Assembly: GCA_047967505.1 (NCBI GenBank)
Contig: CM106538.1
Length of the DNA: 64,000 nucleotides
Source of the DNA: Dipteris shenzhenensis
Taxonomy: Eukaryota
Strand: one strand, 5' to 3'
The notes under the pieces were generated by a model. It was not told the DNA's origin, ran no database searches, and saw nothing but the letters and a program-made list of their open reading frames with translations. This document shows positions 11,671-25,300 of this stretch, in pieces. The translations under genes and the position numbers were made by a program. Positions within the stretch are counted from its first letter, which is position 1. Every line of letters begins with the position of its first letter.

Positions 11671-14521
11671 CTTGATGAAGTTCAGAAATCAAAATATGGC
11701 AATTGGAATTCCTAAGCTTTAGATTCTTGGAAAAGTAAATTTTGAAAATCTCATAACTTTCACATCCAATGTCCAAATATAGTCATTTAGCCACTCAAAT
11801 CGAATGAAAAATACCTTTTGAGAACATCTACAAGGCATAAGTTATAAATTATATTAATTAGAAGATTGAATTCTACATTGAACTTTTAAGAATATAAAAA
11901 TAGTCATAATTTATATTTAGTCTTTGTAGATTTTTCATTTTTTGGTGAAATAATCACTAATTCTCATTGATGAAGCCTCTGATGAGTGATAAGAAAACTC
12001 TATGGAGAGGAGATATGGAAATCTGCACTCATTGACTAGCTGCATGCAACAATCTAGTAGTGTCAACAACATATTATCTCACTCTAGACTAGATTTGCAT
12101 GCAGCTCGAGTGGCAACCCCTCCACAACAAGAACCCGGTCTCATCCACGAGAGGCTACTGGAAGCATCATCCTATGCCTCCACCCTTTGCTTCACCTCAC
12201 GCATAGTCCATGACACATTCCACTACTTTTTGCACACCATCTCCACCGCAGTCCTCTCCCACAACATCCTTTTTTACAACACCCTCACATAGCATGACAT
12301 CGAAGAGATTTTTTGCCACACCACCACAAATGCCCATCCAATCATTGCCATGGCATACTTTCATGAGTATATGGTCCTAGATGTCAATATGGACATCCTT
12401 ACACTCTTTTACCACCCCATTGTATATAATTTTATGATGTGGACTAGAGTGTTACAGGATTCCATAGACTTCACCATGGCTACACCTCCTCTTGAACCAC
12501 CTAAGTCACCAGCCTTAGAAGACCAACCTTGCACTCTGGATATCCTCTACAGAAGTCTAGAATGGATGCAAGTGTATGGTCGGAGTGATGCTAAATATAT
12601 TTTCCATGGCCTGTTCTGGGCTGGTAGTGAAAGGTATCCTCCTACAAGCATTATAGTGCTATACAATAATATACTCCAAGCCCTACAGAATATGATTCAA
12701 ACTGGCATAGGTCAAATTGATGATTCCCATGTGGCATAGCCAATAGATGTACAGCCCGAAAACATGGATTCGGCTTTGAACCTTTTTAACTTCACCCCAA
12801 AACCACGCTGCAATCACAGCCCAACAAAGCTCTTAGCATAGGCCCCAACTCCACTATCATGGGCATACACACAAGCATAGGCCCCACCTCACATCCCTCC
12901 ACATCACAGCATGGCACAACGGACACATAATAGTAGCCTCTCAAATAGGAGGGACCACAAGACATGCCATAACACTCACTAATATAAAATCCTCAAACCC
13001 ATGGTCTTCTCTGACATGGAAGGGCCCTCCTATAAAGAAGGCCAAGAGGAGGTTGAACAATACCTCACGAAGAAGAATACCAATAGCTGTAAGACACCAT
13101 TCCCAACCACAACACATGATATAATGCCATAACATCATTCCGCACGGTCGAGCATGTGGCATATGTTAACCGATGGAAAGCAAGCTGTAGAGCTTCCACC
13201 TCACATGCAAAGATATCACAAAGGTGCAAGATCTCACGAATTGATCCAACACACCTTTTGTAAGTGACAGCATGAAAATTATAGGCACACATGGGGTGAA
13301 TACAATAGACTAGACTACAACCAAGTCCCCCACACAGACGCTGATGTAGGCCTACGGTGACAATGGCGGATCCCATTTTTGAAGCACATAGCATTTTGGA
13401 GAACATACTAATGTGCTGGAATAGAGCAAAGGATCGACCCCACTTACATGCCACTATGCCACCGAAGGAGCTGGCCAAATTTTGAATGGCTGCAGGTAGC
13501 AAATCCCAATGTAGCCTACAACTTCCCGAGATTTGAATTTCCAAAAGTTGTCTCTTCCTTAGCTCTAGTAGCTCATATGGAGGAGTTTAATAGTACCTTT
13601 GCCTCAGTCCTTGATCCTGCAGTCATAGCTACAATGCATTTCTTCCAACTCTTGATCCTTTTGCTATGGGACCTACCAACACTCGCACTGCCGGCCAAAG
13701 AGCATCATCAACAGCTCCGTATAGAAATAGTTTTCAATTTTAATGAGGGTCCCTTATTCCCTCAAGTCATGTGCCTTTATGTACATGTCTATAACCTTCA
13801 TGGTCACCACATTCAGGCTTTCCAAGATAGTGCGAGACACACTTTTGGAAGCCGCTCCATACATTTTGCCGCATCTCCCATAGAACCTTTGATTGGTACT
13901 ACATCATGAACAATGCCCTCGAGATCAACATCATGCACCGGAGACAATCCACGGATGGATTGTGAGCAAGAATGGGGACATGTTAACTACTACCATGGTT
14001 AACAGTTCATGTACTGTGATAACCAAGATGAGATGTAGGAGAGAGCATGAGGATTAGCATATGACATTCACCTTGGAGCCAAATGGGCCCAAGTCATCAT
14101 TAAATGAGAATGAGAGAGGTACATGAGAATACAAGGGCTAGCCCTCCCTTCAAAAGGTTGAATGTATGTAAGGCCAAACGTTTGACTTTGGTCTTCATTA
14201 TGTACTTGCAAGTTTTGGAATAGAAGCTCTCTCTTTCCTTTCATTCTCTTGCATTGAGTCTTATTTCTAAGTTGTCATGTGATTGCCACTCTCGCCCTTG
14301 CTTTCATCCCTTTCTTCCTTTCCCTCTCCCCTTCCCCCTCTCTCTGTGCCCCTCATGGAATCACTCGCACACAATATGGTAGATGCTTGGGTGACACAAG
14401 CATGAGGCTCGCATATACAAAGCTCCCAAAAGGAGTTGTTTGGTAGTAGAGGCTTCGATGGCATTCTTCCAAGATCCCCACGACACGTGAGTCACTACCC
14501 AAACTACATAGGGCCTCATGT

Positions 14522-14695
14522 CCATGTTGCTCAATAAGAAAAGAGAGACCACATGCCAAGCATGTGAAAGGAGTTTGTAATAAGATTATGGGGAGCACCT
14601 AATGCCATGTTTCTCAATAAGAAAAGAGAGACCACATGCCAAGCATGTGAAAGGCATGTGAAGGAGTTTGTAATCAGAGTATGGGGAGCACCTAA
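14522..14695. repeat. Tandem duplication of about 82 bp
   Basis: CCATGTT.CTCAATAAGAAAAGAGAGACCACATGCCAAGCATGTGAAAGG...GGGGAGCACCTAA occurs twice. Confidence 0.8.
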
Positions 14696-14779
14696 CGCCT
14701 TTAAAAATTTTCAAACAGAAAGTCAGTTGGACTTGAAACAAAAGGAGTTTCTAATGAAATTATGCTGATAGTTCATGGA

Positions 14780-16330
14780 TATTTGCATGTACCTATGTGG
14801 ACTTAAAAGAGGTTCATTCATGACATGGTCAACCAAATTCCTTTGAAACCAATTGCAAAACCTATTTGGTAACTACATTCTGTTGGGATATCTCAAGGTG
14901 TATGCCTCAGGCACACCTTATGTTTCTATGTGTGAGTGCTAGAGGCACAGTTAGGTGCCCACAAGCACAGTTAGGTGGTGGAGAGCCACATAGGATGATT
15001 GAGAGAATCTAGGAGTAGATTGAGGAGATGATTGTGGAGCTCTGAGGTCATCAGTGATGTCAGTGAGCATGTATGAGGTGCCTACTTAAGGACCTCACTC
15101 TTCTTCATTCTACAAGCAAGTAATGCAAGTATTCTGAGTTTGTGTCCACTCTTTGCTTTCCTTTCAGCTTTCCAACATGGTATCAGAGCCATTTTATCCC
15201 CCTTGAGCCCATTTCTGCCACATCATCATCTTCTTCTTCTCCATTTTCCTCTTTCTTCCCAAAATCTTTGAGAGCTTGGTTCTCCACCTACAAACGACCA
15301 TTGCCCAAACCCTCTGAGCTGGAAACTCCTCTAGTATGGGCGAACTTCCACCTGCAAGCAATTGAAGAAAAAACGTCTGTGGTGGCTGCCATTCTCCAAA
15401 CAACAAATTTCTTCTGTTGCTCAATACTCCCTGCCTGCTCCGCCATTGCCTGCTGAGCCCTCTTAGAAGTAGATGGGCGACCTCAAGACGAAGATTTTGA
15501 GCTATTTTTCAGGTCATTTGGTTCAGTAACGAGGGAGAAATCGTCAAAACTCAGTTTCAGCCTGTAGCAACTCTTCCGAGCAAAAGTGCACACCATTTCG
15601 TCCAACCTCTGTGCTGGACCTTCTCTGGTATATGAGCTTTCTTTTGCTTCAGAAAGCCCTCTTTTCCTTGCTTTGAAGAGTGAGCTACAAACTTTTTTTT
15701 TTTTTTTTTTTTGAGGTCATCAGTGATGTCAGTGAGCATGTATGAGGTGCCTACTTAAGGACCTCACTCTTCTTCATTCTACAAGCAAGTAATGCAAGTA
15801 TTCTGAGTTTGTGTCCACTCTTTGCTTTCCTTTCAGCTTTCCAACACATTCAAGGTTGGTTGCAGTTGACTAGCTCCAAAAAGTATGCTAAGCAAAATTA
15901 GTGAAGTTCTTAGAAACAAGTCTTATTTTTCTTTTTTGTGTGTCAAAATAATATTTCCATTTTAGTCCCAAAAGATGAATCCATCACCATGCAAGTGTGT
16001 TGATTACTAGGAGTTCAATAAGATGTTGGTTCTAGACTTGTATCCTCTTTCTTTCATCCTTCAAATTTTCTATCAAATATTAGGGAAGGAGCTCAATAGT
16101 TTCATGGATTTTGTCTGTAGGCTATAATCAAATTGCAATGTACTCAGAGCGTAAATTGAAGACTACATTTGTCTCTCCATATGGATTTTTTTGGAGTAAT
16201 GTGATGACATTCAATATGTGAAATGCACTTGGAACTCACCAAAGGTTTATGAATGACTCCTTTGAAATCCACTATTAAAAGGCTCTAATATTTTCATGGA
16301 TCAGTTAGCTCCAGGGATGACTATTTTGAC
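14780..16330 (+). mobile_element. Highly degenerate Ty3/gypsy RT remnant, interrupted by the 14881-15846 element
   Basis: Broken translations resemble IPLKP.AKP, CVDY.EFNK, DLYPL, SFMD..GYNQIAM and KTTFVSPYG. Confidence 0.6.
14881..15846 (+). mobile_element. Internally deleted LTR retrotransposon (5' LTR 14881-15177, PBS, partial 3' LTR 15712-15846)
   Basis: TG...CA ends, 5-bp TSD CATTC (14876-14880 and 15847-15851), and tRNA-iMet PBS TGGTATCAGAGCC at 15178-15190. The last 135 bp of the LTR are repeated identically. Confidence 0.92.
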
Positions 16331-17740
16331 TCTTACTAATAGCCTAAGGAAGGTTTGTAATTATTGATTTCATGACCCATGATGAGGATCAAGAAGAGGA
16401 AGTGCCAAATACCTAGAGTTTTGAGAATCAAACCTACTAATAGTAAAACAAAAGGTAGCCTCACCATGAATATGAAGCCTCTCATGTGGTCTTTAAGCCC
16501 AAAAGAGGATATGCGATGGTGAACAGGGGGATTTTGAATAGTTGCAAACCTATGGGGATCAAATCTAAGTATGTGAATAAGTAGCCTCACCATGAATGTG
16601 AAGCCTCTCATGTGGGCAAGATATTTTGAAAAGTGTTTTATGTGCCTAAAGAGAGTGAGCTGTGGTGAAAAGGAAAAATTTTTGATAGCTACAAAGCTAT
16701 GAGATGCAAGCCTAATAATCCCAACTATACTTTAATAGGACTTTAATCTACTTAAAGGGAATAAGAGCTCAAAAAGACAAGAACAATAACATTAAATCAA
16801 GTGATTAGCCTTTTATGCAAGTTGCCCAAGTCAATAGCTTATGCACATTGTCAAGCCCTTTTTTCAAAGATGTTTATAATCATTAAGTTTCCACCATAAA
16901 GAATCAATCTACATTACCTCCACTTTGGCCATGCACCTTCACATAACATGCCTTCAAAATGTATGCCCTCATTTTTGGACCTTTGGTTAGCATTATCAAC
17001 TCAAGGCTTAATCAAAAGCATCCTTTCACTTAGTTTGTTATGGACAATTAGTGCTTACATGAAAAAGCAATGGAATTTACATGGTCAAGGTTGTTGCAAA
17101 CAACTTTGCATGAGGTGTAGTCATTGACAATAACTTCATAAATCTATAGAACATGAAAAGATACAAAATTACCAACTTATTGATGGATCATTTAGCAATG
17201 AGGAGGATTTATATAAGGGGCCTCTTTTTGGAAAGAAAAGATGTGTGAAGTTTTTATAATCAAAAGTTACGGGATTAAAATTTCCCCAATAACCCTCTAG
17301 AATGATGAAAATAAGTAATTTAGCAACTTATAATAGCTATAGCAATTACATGTAGAGGCAAGCATAGTAATTCATATTGATCGCAATGTCAATGCAATTA
17401 AAGGATTGCTAGTGGGTCTAGGGAGACTAAGAAATGAAGTTTGAGTCCCTCTTAGAATTTGAAAGACCTCACATTTAATAAAAACCTAACATATAAGAAT
17501 ATTTTTCCAGTATAGACGTAATGTCTTTTTCTCATGGTAAGGCAATAACAAAGGCAAACTGTACCAAAGGGCAGTGCTTCCACAAACAAAGGGCCTACTC
17601 CATGGGTCTATTACCTCAATATTTTGATAGATCGCAGAGCATACTCTAATCTAGATTCTATTCTATGTTGCAAGGGATGTGGTCACTATGGAGAGGTGAG
17701 AATAGATATTAAGCCTACTCATTAGGGTGAGGGGGGGGGG

Positions 17741-17742
17741 GA

Positions 17743-17785
<43 letters not shown>
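17741..17785. repeat. (GA)n microsatellite
   Basis: Seen directly in the sequence, preceded by a G run. Confidence 0.95.
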
Positions 17786-17786
<1 letters not shown>

Positions 17787-18208
17787 ATAAGATTCCCAAG
17801 CCAATCAATAAGATGCCTAAATTGCATTTGTTGTCCATCACCACTAGATGGTATAAAAATTCACTCCCTTTCTATCTCAATGTGTTTTGTGTTTTGGTTG
17901 CATGAAATTTTTCCTATTATTATATTTGTTTGCTTGACACCAAATGTTTCATATGATCATATGCATTTTCATTGAATTTGGTTGTGTATACTTGAGGTTC
18001 TGTACATGTTCATTTTTCATTGTGGATCTGAAGGGGCTTCATGAGATTTGTTTGATTCTCCTTCATATGTCTTCAAAGTTATATTTATCCATATTAATGT
18101 TATAGACTAGGTTTGTGTGTAAAACTTGTTCAACTACACAATTAACATTTAGAAAAAAACGTCTTGGAAGGCAATGATAAGTTTAGGCTCCCTACTAGTC
18201 CAATAGAT

Positions 18209-18490
18209 CTTGAGCCATTTCTTTGTGCATATATTGTGAGATTCATGGACTCAAATTCATGAATCTACCCCATTGAAGAGTGCTCGAGGTAGTAGGACCA
18301 AGCAAATCTTTGCCTAGATTTTAAAGTGAATTTCAAAAGAGTGGGGCTTGAGCCATTTCTTCATGCATATATTGTGAGATTTCATGGATTCAAATTCATG
18401 AATCTACCCCATTGAAGAGTGCTAGGGGTAGTAGCACCAATCAAATCTTTGCCTAGATTTTAAAGTCAACTTCATAAGAGTGGGGCTTGA
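18209..18490. repeat. Tandem duplication of about 139 bp
   Basis: CTTGAGCCATTTCTT...GAATCTACCCCATTGAAGAGTGCT...AGAGTGGGGCTTGA occurs twice with a few differences. Confidence 0.85.
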
Positions 18491-18960
18491 AATTTTTTCC
18501 AAATAGCATGTCCTCAAGTATGGCATCATGGTACTTCATGATAACATTCATCCATGCATAGTCACTCCTAGTGGCACACTACAATGTCTACTAGCTATTT
18601 CTTCTCCATTAGATCCTCCCATACCAATACATCGATGGATTGTTGGTGATAAATGGATCACTTATTAATACCCGCATTAGTTTATCATGCAAAATATATC
18701 ATATGCTAGAGGTTAATATTTAAAGTACAAGGTTGATATTCCAAAAAGTTAAATATCTGTGGCTCTGAGGGAGCTTAATAGCTTGTCATGGGTTTAATGA
18801 TCCTATCAAATCATAGTGTGTGATTGGTGTAACTAGCAGCTACCGAGTTTACTTTGATGCCTAGGAGATCATCATCCTTGAGCACTTTCCAACACCTTGA
18901 CAAGTGTCTCCTTGCTTCCTCAGGAGGCCAATACAACCATACCTTACTATGCTTGGTGCA

Positions 18961-19042
18961 ACTTAATAGACATCCCAAGATGTATGGCCCTCTCATATGA
19001 GACTTAATAGACATCCCAAGATGTATGGCCCTCTCATATGAG
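18961..19042. repeat. Tandem duplication, 41 bp
   Basis: ACTTAATAGACATCCCAAGATGTATGGCCCTCTCATATGAG occurs twice. Confidence 0.9.
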
Positions 19043-21896
19043 CATAATAAAGGGTTGAATAATCGTGGAGTATATGTGGATTAATTCTTTAGAGAGACCA
19101 ACAAGGATCCATTTCAACATGGGGAAAATAACACTTAGCAATCTCATTTGACCAGCATAGGGATAAATAACTTTTCTAAAGATGTTTCATTTAATGCTCA
19201 AGGCATAGCACAAGAACCATGGACCGATGGAACTCATGTCTGTCAACATTGTCAACAAAACTATCCAACCTTTCAAATCCTTTAGCATTATGCTTCTCAA
19301 ATGAAACAAATGAAACAATACCTTAATAGTTCTAAGCCTAGAGGAAAAGATCACGTTTGCAAAAAAAGAAAGATGAAGGAATGTGTACAGAGTGGTTTAA
19401 CTAAAACAAATCCAACAAGATGAAAAAGAATCTACAACAAATCTACTTGGAGCAAACGTGAGTTACAAATAGCATGGCAAGATGTCATGCAAGCTTGTTG
19501 TTGCACACATTGCTCCCCATCTCCCTCCCATTTTACCCTCCCGTCATCCCCTCCCCTTGCTTGTTCCTCTCCTTCATGCCTGCTTGCCCCTCCCACCTCC
19601 CTCCACTCTCCATCGAGACTCCAGACCCCTCCATGTCCCCCCTTTGCACCGCGTTTTTGCATTCCCCCTAGCCCTTTGTTGTTGCCCTTCCTCCCCCCAA
19701 TTTCTTCTCCCTTGCCCTATCTCTAATCTACCATACCTCCTCTAGCATTGCTTGCATCTATTTCCCCTCCCTGCCTCCTTTGGGCTCTTTTCCATGCCAC
19801 CCAGGTTTTTTTTGGTCCATGCAGCTTTTGTTTTGAGTGTATGACTTTTCTCCTCTACTTGTTAGTGAGCTAACCTAAATTTTGGTGGGTAGGGTTGCAG
19901 CAAGGAGGTTTCTTCATCTTCTAGACTCAGGTGGCCCCATGATGCCTCAGCCCCTTTTCATCCTCCTCTACTATATTTTTTAGACAACCAAAAGGTTCAT
20001 TAGAGAGGCTACAACTTACAAACCCCCCTCTTTTTTCCTTTCTTTTCCATCTCTTCCCTCATTGAGTTTACCTCTTCTTCTCACTAGCCTGAGCGGCTTT
20101 TAACTTTGTCTCCTAGGGGACTGTAATCTTGGTGGTGACCTCTTAGTCTCTTGCCAGTTCCCACAACTCTCAAAGACCTTTGGATTTACCTCTCGTCAAA
20201 GGACAAGAAACATGTGCCTATTATAGTTTAGTATTTGTAGGATAGAGCATTGGTCGATGCATCAATAGTCTCATGCCCACAAGGAGATGGGTTCGAGATT
20301 GGATCTAGGAAAGCTTGGTGTTAGAGCGTGACCACATCCAAGAGGTCACCATCTATGGGAAAGGGATCTTTCTTCTCCATCTGAGTTTAAATGAATATCA
20401 CAAGTCCTTGATAAAGAAAATCCTTATTTTCCTTGGCCTGGGCCTGAATCTAATTTTATTTATCCCTTGGTACCAAGGCTTCATGGTGGATGACATAAAA
20501 TCAATGTTTCACGCATTCAAGTGACCTTAAGTTCCTCAGCCTTCCAAATTCTTCTATTGAATTTTTTTTTAGCATTGTGCAAGAGTATCTATTCTTAGCA
20601 ACCATGTTTTTGGTGAATGATGGGGTCCCTTGATTTTGTGAGTGATAGCAAATTCCTTGCCCAAGGAGATATTCCTCTAGACCTTTGATAGGGGCTCTTT
20701 CTATAAGAGGATTGAGGTTTCTAGGCCCTTAGGTAAGTTCCTACATCATAGACAAATGGGACACCTCAGGCGAGTTTATTGGTGTAATATAGGTAGAGCT
20801 ATCACTCATCGCCTTGTGCAAAAGAGGATGTGGGACCATCATTTAGCTAAACTTTACACTTGGATACACAATAACATGCAACATAGATTCTTTGGGTTGA
20901 GCCTTTCGATCTTGGACTTAGGTCGATCAAAGAAAATTGAGCAAGCACACTGTGATGAATTGTAGACACCATGCACATCACCGTTAGTAATTGGGAGTGG
21001 AAGCCTTACTAGTCCCCATCACATAAAACGAGCAAGTTGTGGGAGTCCCCTCAGGTTGACCTAAGGCAATTGAGGAGAATGCTTTCTTCATTTTTGTAGA
21101 AGACTCGATTCTCTCAATCGGTTCTTGAGTCCACTCCTAGTTCAGGCTTAGGGGAGGTGCCCCTTCCCAATCCCCCCATTGTGCCACTTAGCCCCCCCTC
21201 TACCTCAACCCCTCCACCCTCCGCCCTGTCCTTCCACCTCCCCCCTCTCCTCTTTGTCTGGACCTCCTTCCCCCCCTCCATTGTTGCCGCAGTGAGGCCC
21301 AAGGTCATCTCACTATCTACCCACCTTCCAAGCGACCTAGCTTCTTCGCCCTTCCCCCCGCCCCCCCTCCCCTTATGTTTGTAGCATCTTTCTCCTCTCC
21401 CCTTCACCCACTTGCTATTTCTACTTCCCCACCTTCATCTATGTTGTCAGTCACACTCACTATCTGCCCCTACCTAGCCCCTCAAATCAATGTGTGGCTT
21501 CAAGGTCCCAGTCTCAGCCTTCTTCCTCATAAGGACAAGGGGTGCAACCCCCAAAGTCAGTGCAAGATTCTTCCCTTTCCCTCACATTGTAGGGTTGAAT
21601 CCCTGCCTAGGATAGCCCCTTCCATAAGAGCTCTAGAAGTTGTTACAACTTGAAACTATCTAACATTTTAGATGACCACGTGCTTGAACTTAAGGTGTTA
21701 GTCATGATCTTATAGCCTTGAAAAGGGGGTTCCATTGCCCTAGTTGAGAGCCCATCACATTCTTTTTGGGGCTTCACCTTTGCTTCCATCATGGGTAGTA
21801 GTAGTGGATGTTAACTGGGACAATCACCTCGCTTTGATCTTCCACATTCTGGTTGCATTCTGGATTTGTGTATAGGTGTCACTCTTGCTAAGGTAG

Positions 21897-21897
21897 G

Positions 21898-21955
<58 letters not shown>
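21897..21955. repeat. (GA)n microsatellite
   Basis: Seen directly in the sequence. Confidence 0.95.
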
Positions 21956-21958
<3 letters not shown>

Positions 21959-22311
21959 GATGGGAATTGTCTTCCATAGGGAGTCTTATGGAGCAAGACT
22001 CGCGATCTCATAGTGGCTAGTAGACCAATATGAGAGTGCACGAGTAGGCCTTTAGGCCATAGACATCTGTCAAGATGGGTTCTCCTATCACTCCTCTATG
22101 GAATCATGGCAGCAATGACAAACGATGAGCAAACAATCTTTTGTAGACCATTGGCCCATGCTCAACAGAGATTTTTTTTTTTTTTTTTTGCCGAAAAAAC
22201 AGTGCTAATTATATTACTTCAAGAACAAGATACAAAAGGTCAGCTTGTAGCTGACGGGCTGCGTTCACAAATCGGACACAGTCCTAAAAGGTAACACAAT
22301 AAATCACTCTC

Positions 22312-25300
22312 TCACGTCGGGATAAGGCGAGTGTGAATGAACAGCCATCGGGGTGGTGAGTAGCGCCACCGAAGGCCCTGCGAAGTCTGCTCGAAGAAGA
22401 GGCCCTGAGTGTTCCAAGTCCGGAGGAAGCGTCTCCGCTTCTCTTGACCGGACCGGGAATCTCCCTGAATCTGGTCCCACTGGCCTCTGTGGGTATGAAT
22501 AATCTCGCACCAAATATCAGTCATGATTTGGGCAGTCGATAAGGAGGTGCCACCAAGGATCTGCGCGCAACGCGAGGTCCAAATGTGCCACCCTGCTATG
22601 CTGCTAATAATCTCCCAGACTGGCTGCCTCTCCTGAACTCCTGTATCCGCCTCTGCTAGGTGCTGCGGGATACCCTCGAGCAGCCCCCATGTACCCTGCA
22701 TGATAAGGAAAGTGGGGTCCTGCTGGCATGCCTCGAATAAGTGATGTAGACCAGGTGCGGTGCTGCACTAACAGAACGCACCCCACGTGATCAAGCTGGT
22801 GCTGCGCGAGTGAGAATCCCGAAAGTCCACCTCCACACTTCCTGGGCGCGAGTGCAGCTCCACAGGCAGTGTTTTGGTGACTCCTCAACCTCATGGCAGA
22901 TCTGACAGCGTCCGTCCTGGCCTATCTGTCTCAACCAGCTCCCCACCGGAAGACCTTTGTGGGCGAGAAGCCACAGGAAGTAGGAGATCTTCCGCGGCCG
23001 CCAGCTCTCCCACAAGGCCTTCCAGAAGGCTTGCAAAAAGAATCTGGAAATACCCTGTGCATACCAACTGGGCCGCTGGGTGGGGGGGCGGCTCTGCATC
23101 CTCCCAAGAACTCGCCTGCCCAAAGTCGTGCTGTAGGCAAAGAAGGAGGTCGGCCCCTGTCCTGTCACAACCTCTGGCCAGCTCCACTCTCCTGGGTCCC
23201 AATCAAGCTCTGACAAGGCCCGCCCCTTCCAGAGCCAGAGTCGCCAAAGCTGCAGCTGATCCTGCTCAATGCTAGGATCGGTACGCCAGACCTTCCCCAA
23301 AAGGCCTACGATCCGAACCCTCTGCCATGGGAGTAGGGGGTCGATGAGTGCATCCTCTCTCCTGAGTCGTCCATCCCCCATAACCGCGAAGAAAGAAATA
23401 GAGGAGTCGTCCATACGTCCTGTGACCACCAGTGGGATGCCACAGGGGGTGAACTGTCCCAGCCAACGGTCGTCACCAGGCATGAGGATCTGAGGCTCAG
23501 GTGGAACCAACCAATCAGCTGGGACTGCGCCGTCGATCTCCGTGTGTCTCGCCTGGGCTCCACGTGCACCTCCAGCTGCGTCTGCGAGATCAGCCGTCTC
23601 CAAATGTCTGTACGTGTCCCTCCAAACTCGAAGGGACCGCCGGGCTGGCCCCCTCATCCAACCATCCCACCTGATATGTGATCTCTCCCCCAACTGAAGG
23701 CCCTCGGCATCTCTGACCTGATCATTCCAGATAAGCGGCTGGCGATCGATCTCCTCCTGATAGCGGGGAGGGGACTAAATGAGACTGACGCCTCCAAACC
23801 ATGAGGAGGCTACGAACGAGTGGGGAACGGGGCTGAGTAAGCGGGGCGGAAGTGAAGATCCACCTGAGGGACGGGAGCCACTCTCCACCTCGGCACGGGA
23901 CACAAGAACCGACCCCCTGCTGAAGTAGCATCTTCCACGTCTGCCCCCCCGGGGTCAAACCGCGGATGACTAACTTGCCTAACAAGGCCTGACTCTGCAG
24001 CTCTGGATCGATGACTCCCAGGCCTCCCTCAGCCTACGGAAGAATAACTGTCTGCCAAGCAACCCTGGCTCTGGTATCTCTGAGGCCATCCTCCCCGGAC
24101 CAAAGGAAGTTCCGAACCAGCCTCCTAAGCTGTGCCACACTAGATCTCGAGAAACACCAACAGGAAGCCACATACCAAGCCGTGGCAAGGAGGACTTGGT
24201 TGACTACCAAGGCACGACCTGCAAGGGAAAGCTTAGCAGTGCTCCAGAAAGCGGATGGAATCTAGCATCGGGAGAAACTGCTGAGCTGGTGTGATGTCCA
24301 GGCCGACCTGAAAACCCAGGTATCTAGCTGTCTGTCCCCATGGGATCCACCTGAAACCCAAAAACCTCCCCCACTGAGAACGCGCCCCGGGGTCTGTGAG
24401 GAAACCAACTGATTTGTTCCAGTTGATTTTCGCACCAGCAGCCGAACAGAAGACCTCCAGGGCCATCCTCACCCTCTCCAGCATCAACTCATCGTCCTGG
24501 ACATACAGGGCTGTGTCATCCGCGTACTCCGAGTCCAAGAGCTCCGTGTCCTCCCGGAGGGGAAGGCGAACACCCCTGATCCCTGTAGACCTCGCCCGGA
24601 GGTAGTAAGTCATAGCCTTGGCGAAGAAGAGAAACAGGTAAGCGGCAAGGGGGCAGCCCTGACGCACTGATCTCTCCAAGCTAAAACGCTCACCCATCCT
24701 GCCTCCAATGATGACTCTGCTAGAGGCTGTCCTGTACAAAGCTGAAATACCCTGAATCCAACCTGCTGGGAAACCTAGCCGCTCCAGAGTCCCCTCCAGA
24801 AAGGACCAGTCCACCCGATCGTAGGCCTTCTCAAAGTCGAGAAGTAGGATGGCAAGGTGTGATCCGCTGTGCTGAGCCCACTCCGCCGCCTCTGAAAAGG
24901 TGAAGACATTATCCAGGATACTGCGATCCTGGACAAAGCCTGTCTGAGTGTCATGAATGAGGTCTGGAAGTAGAGGCCGAACTCTGGCGCTGATCATCTT
25001 GGCTAGGATTTTGTAGGCAGTGGTAAGGAGAGTGATCGGGCGCCACTGACGGATCTCCTGTCTATCTCCTCCCTTCGAGATGAGGCAAATCAGTCCCGAG
25101 GAGAGGCTCTCTTGCATATAACCGCTGCTGAAAATCCTCTGAAGAGCTGTTAAGAGGGGCTGATGGATCTGGTCTCAGAAGGAGGTGAAGAATGCCCGGG
25201 ATAGCCCATCCTCACCTGGGCACTTCTGTCCATCGATGGCCATCAAGGCCTCTAGCATCTCATCCGTGGTAAACGGTGCCAACAGCGTCACTTGCATGCT

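Noticed and set aside
12000-14100. ORFs 12002-12292, 12350-12739 and 13448-13909 as genes
   Set aside because: I recognise no motifs or consistent splice structure. They are probably a decayed repeat, but I cannot classify it.
17400-19400. Possible further LINE endonuclease remnant (WIVG-like near 18635)
   Set aside because: It is too decayed to support from one short motif.
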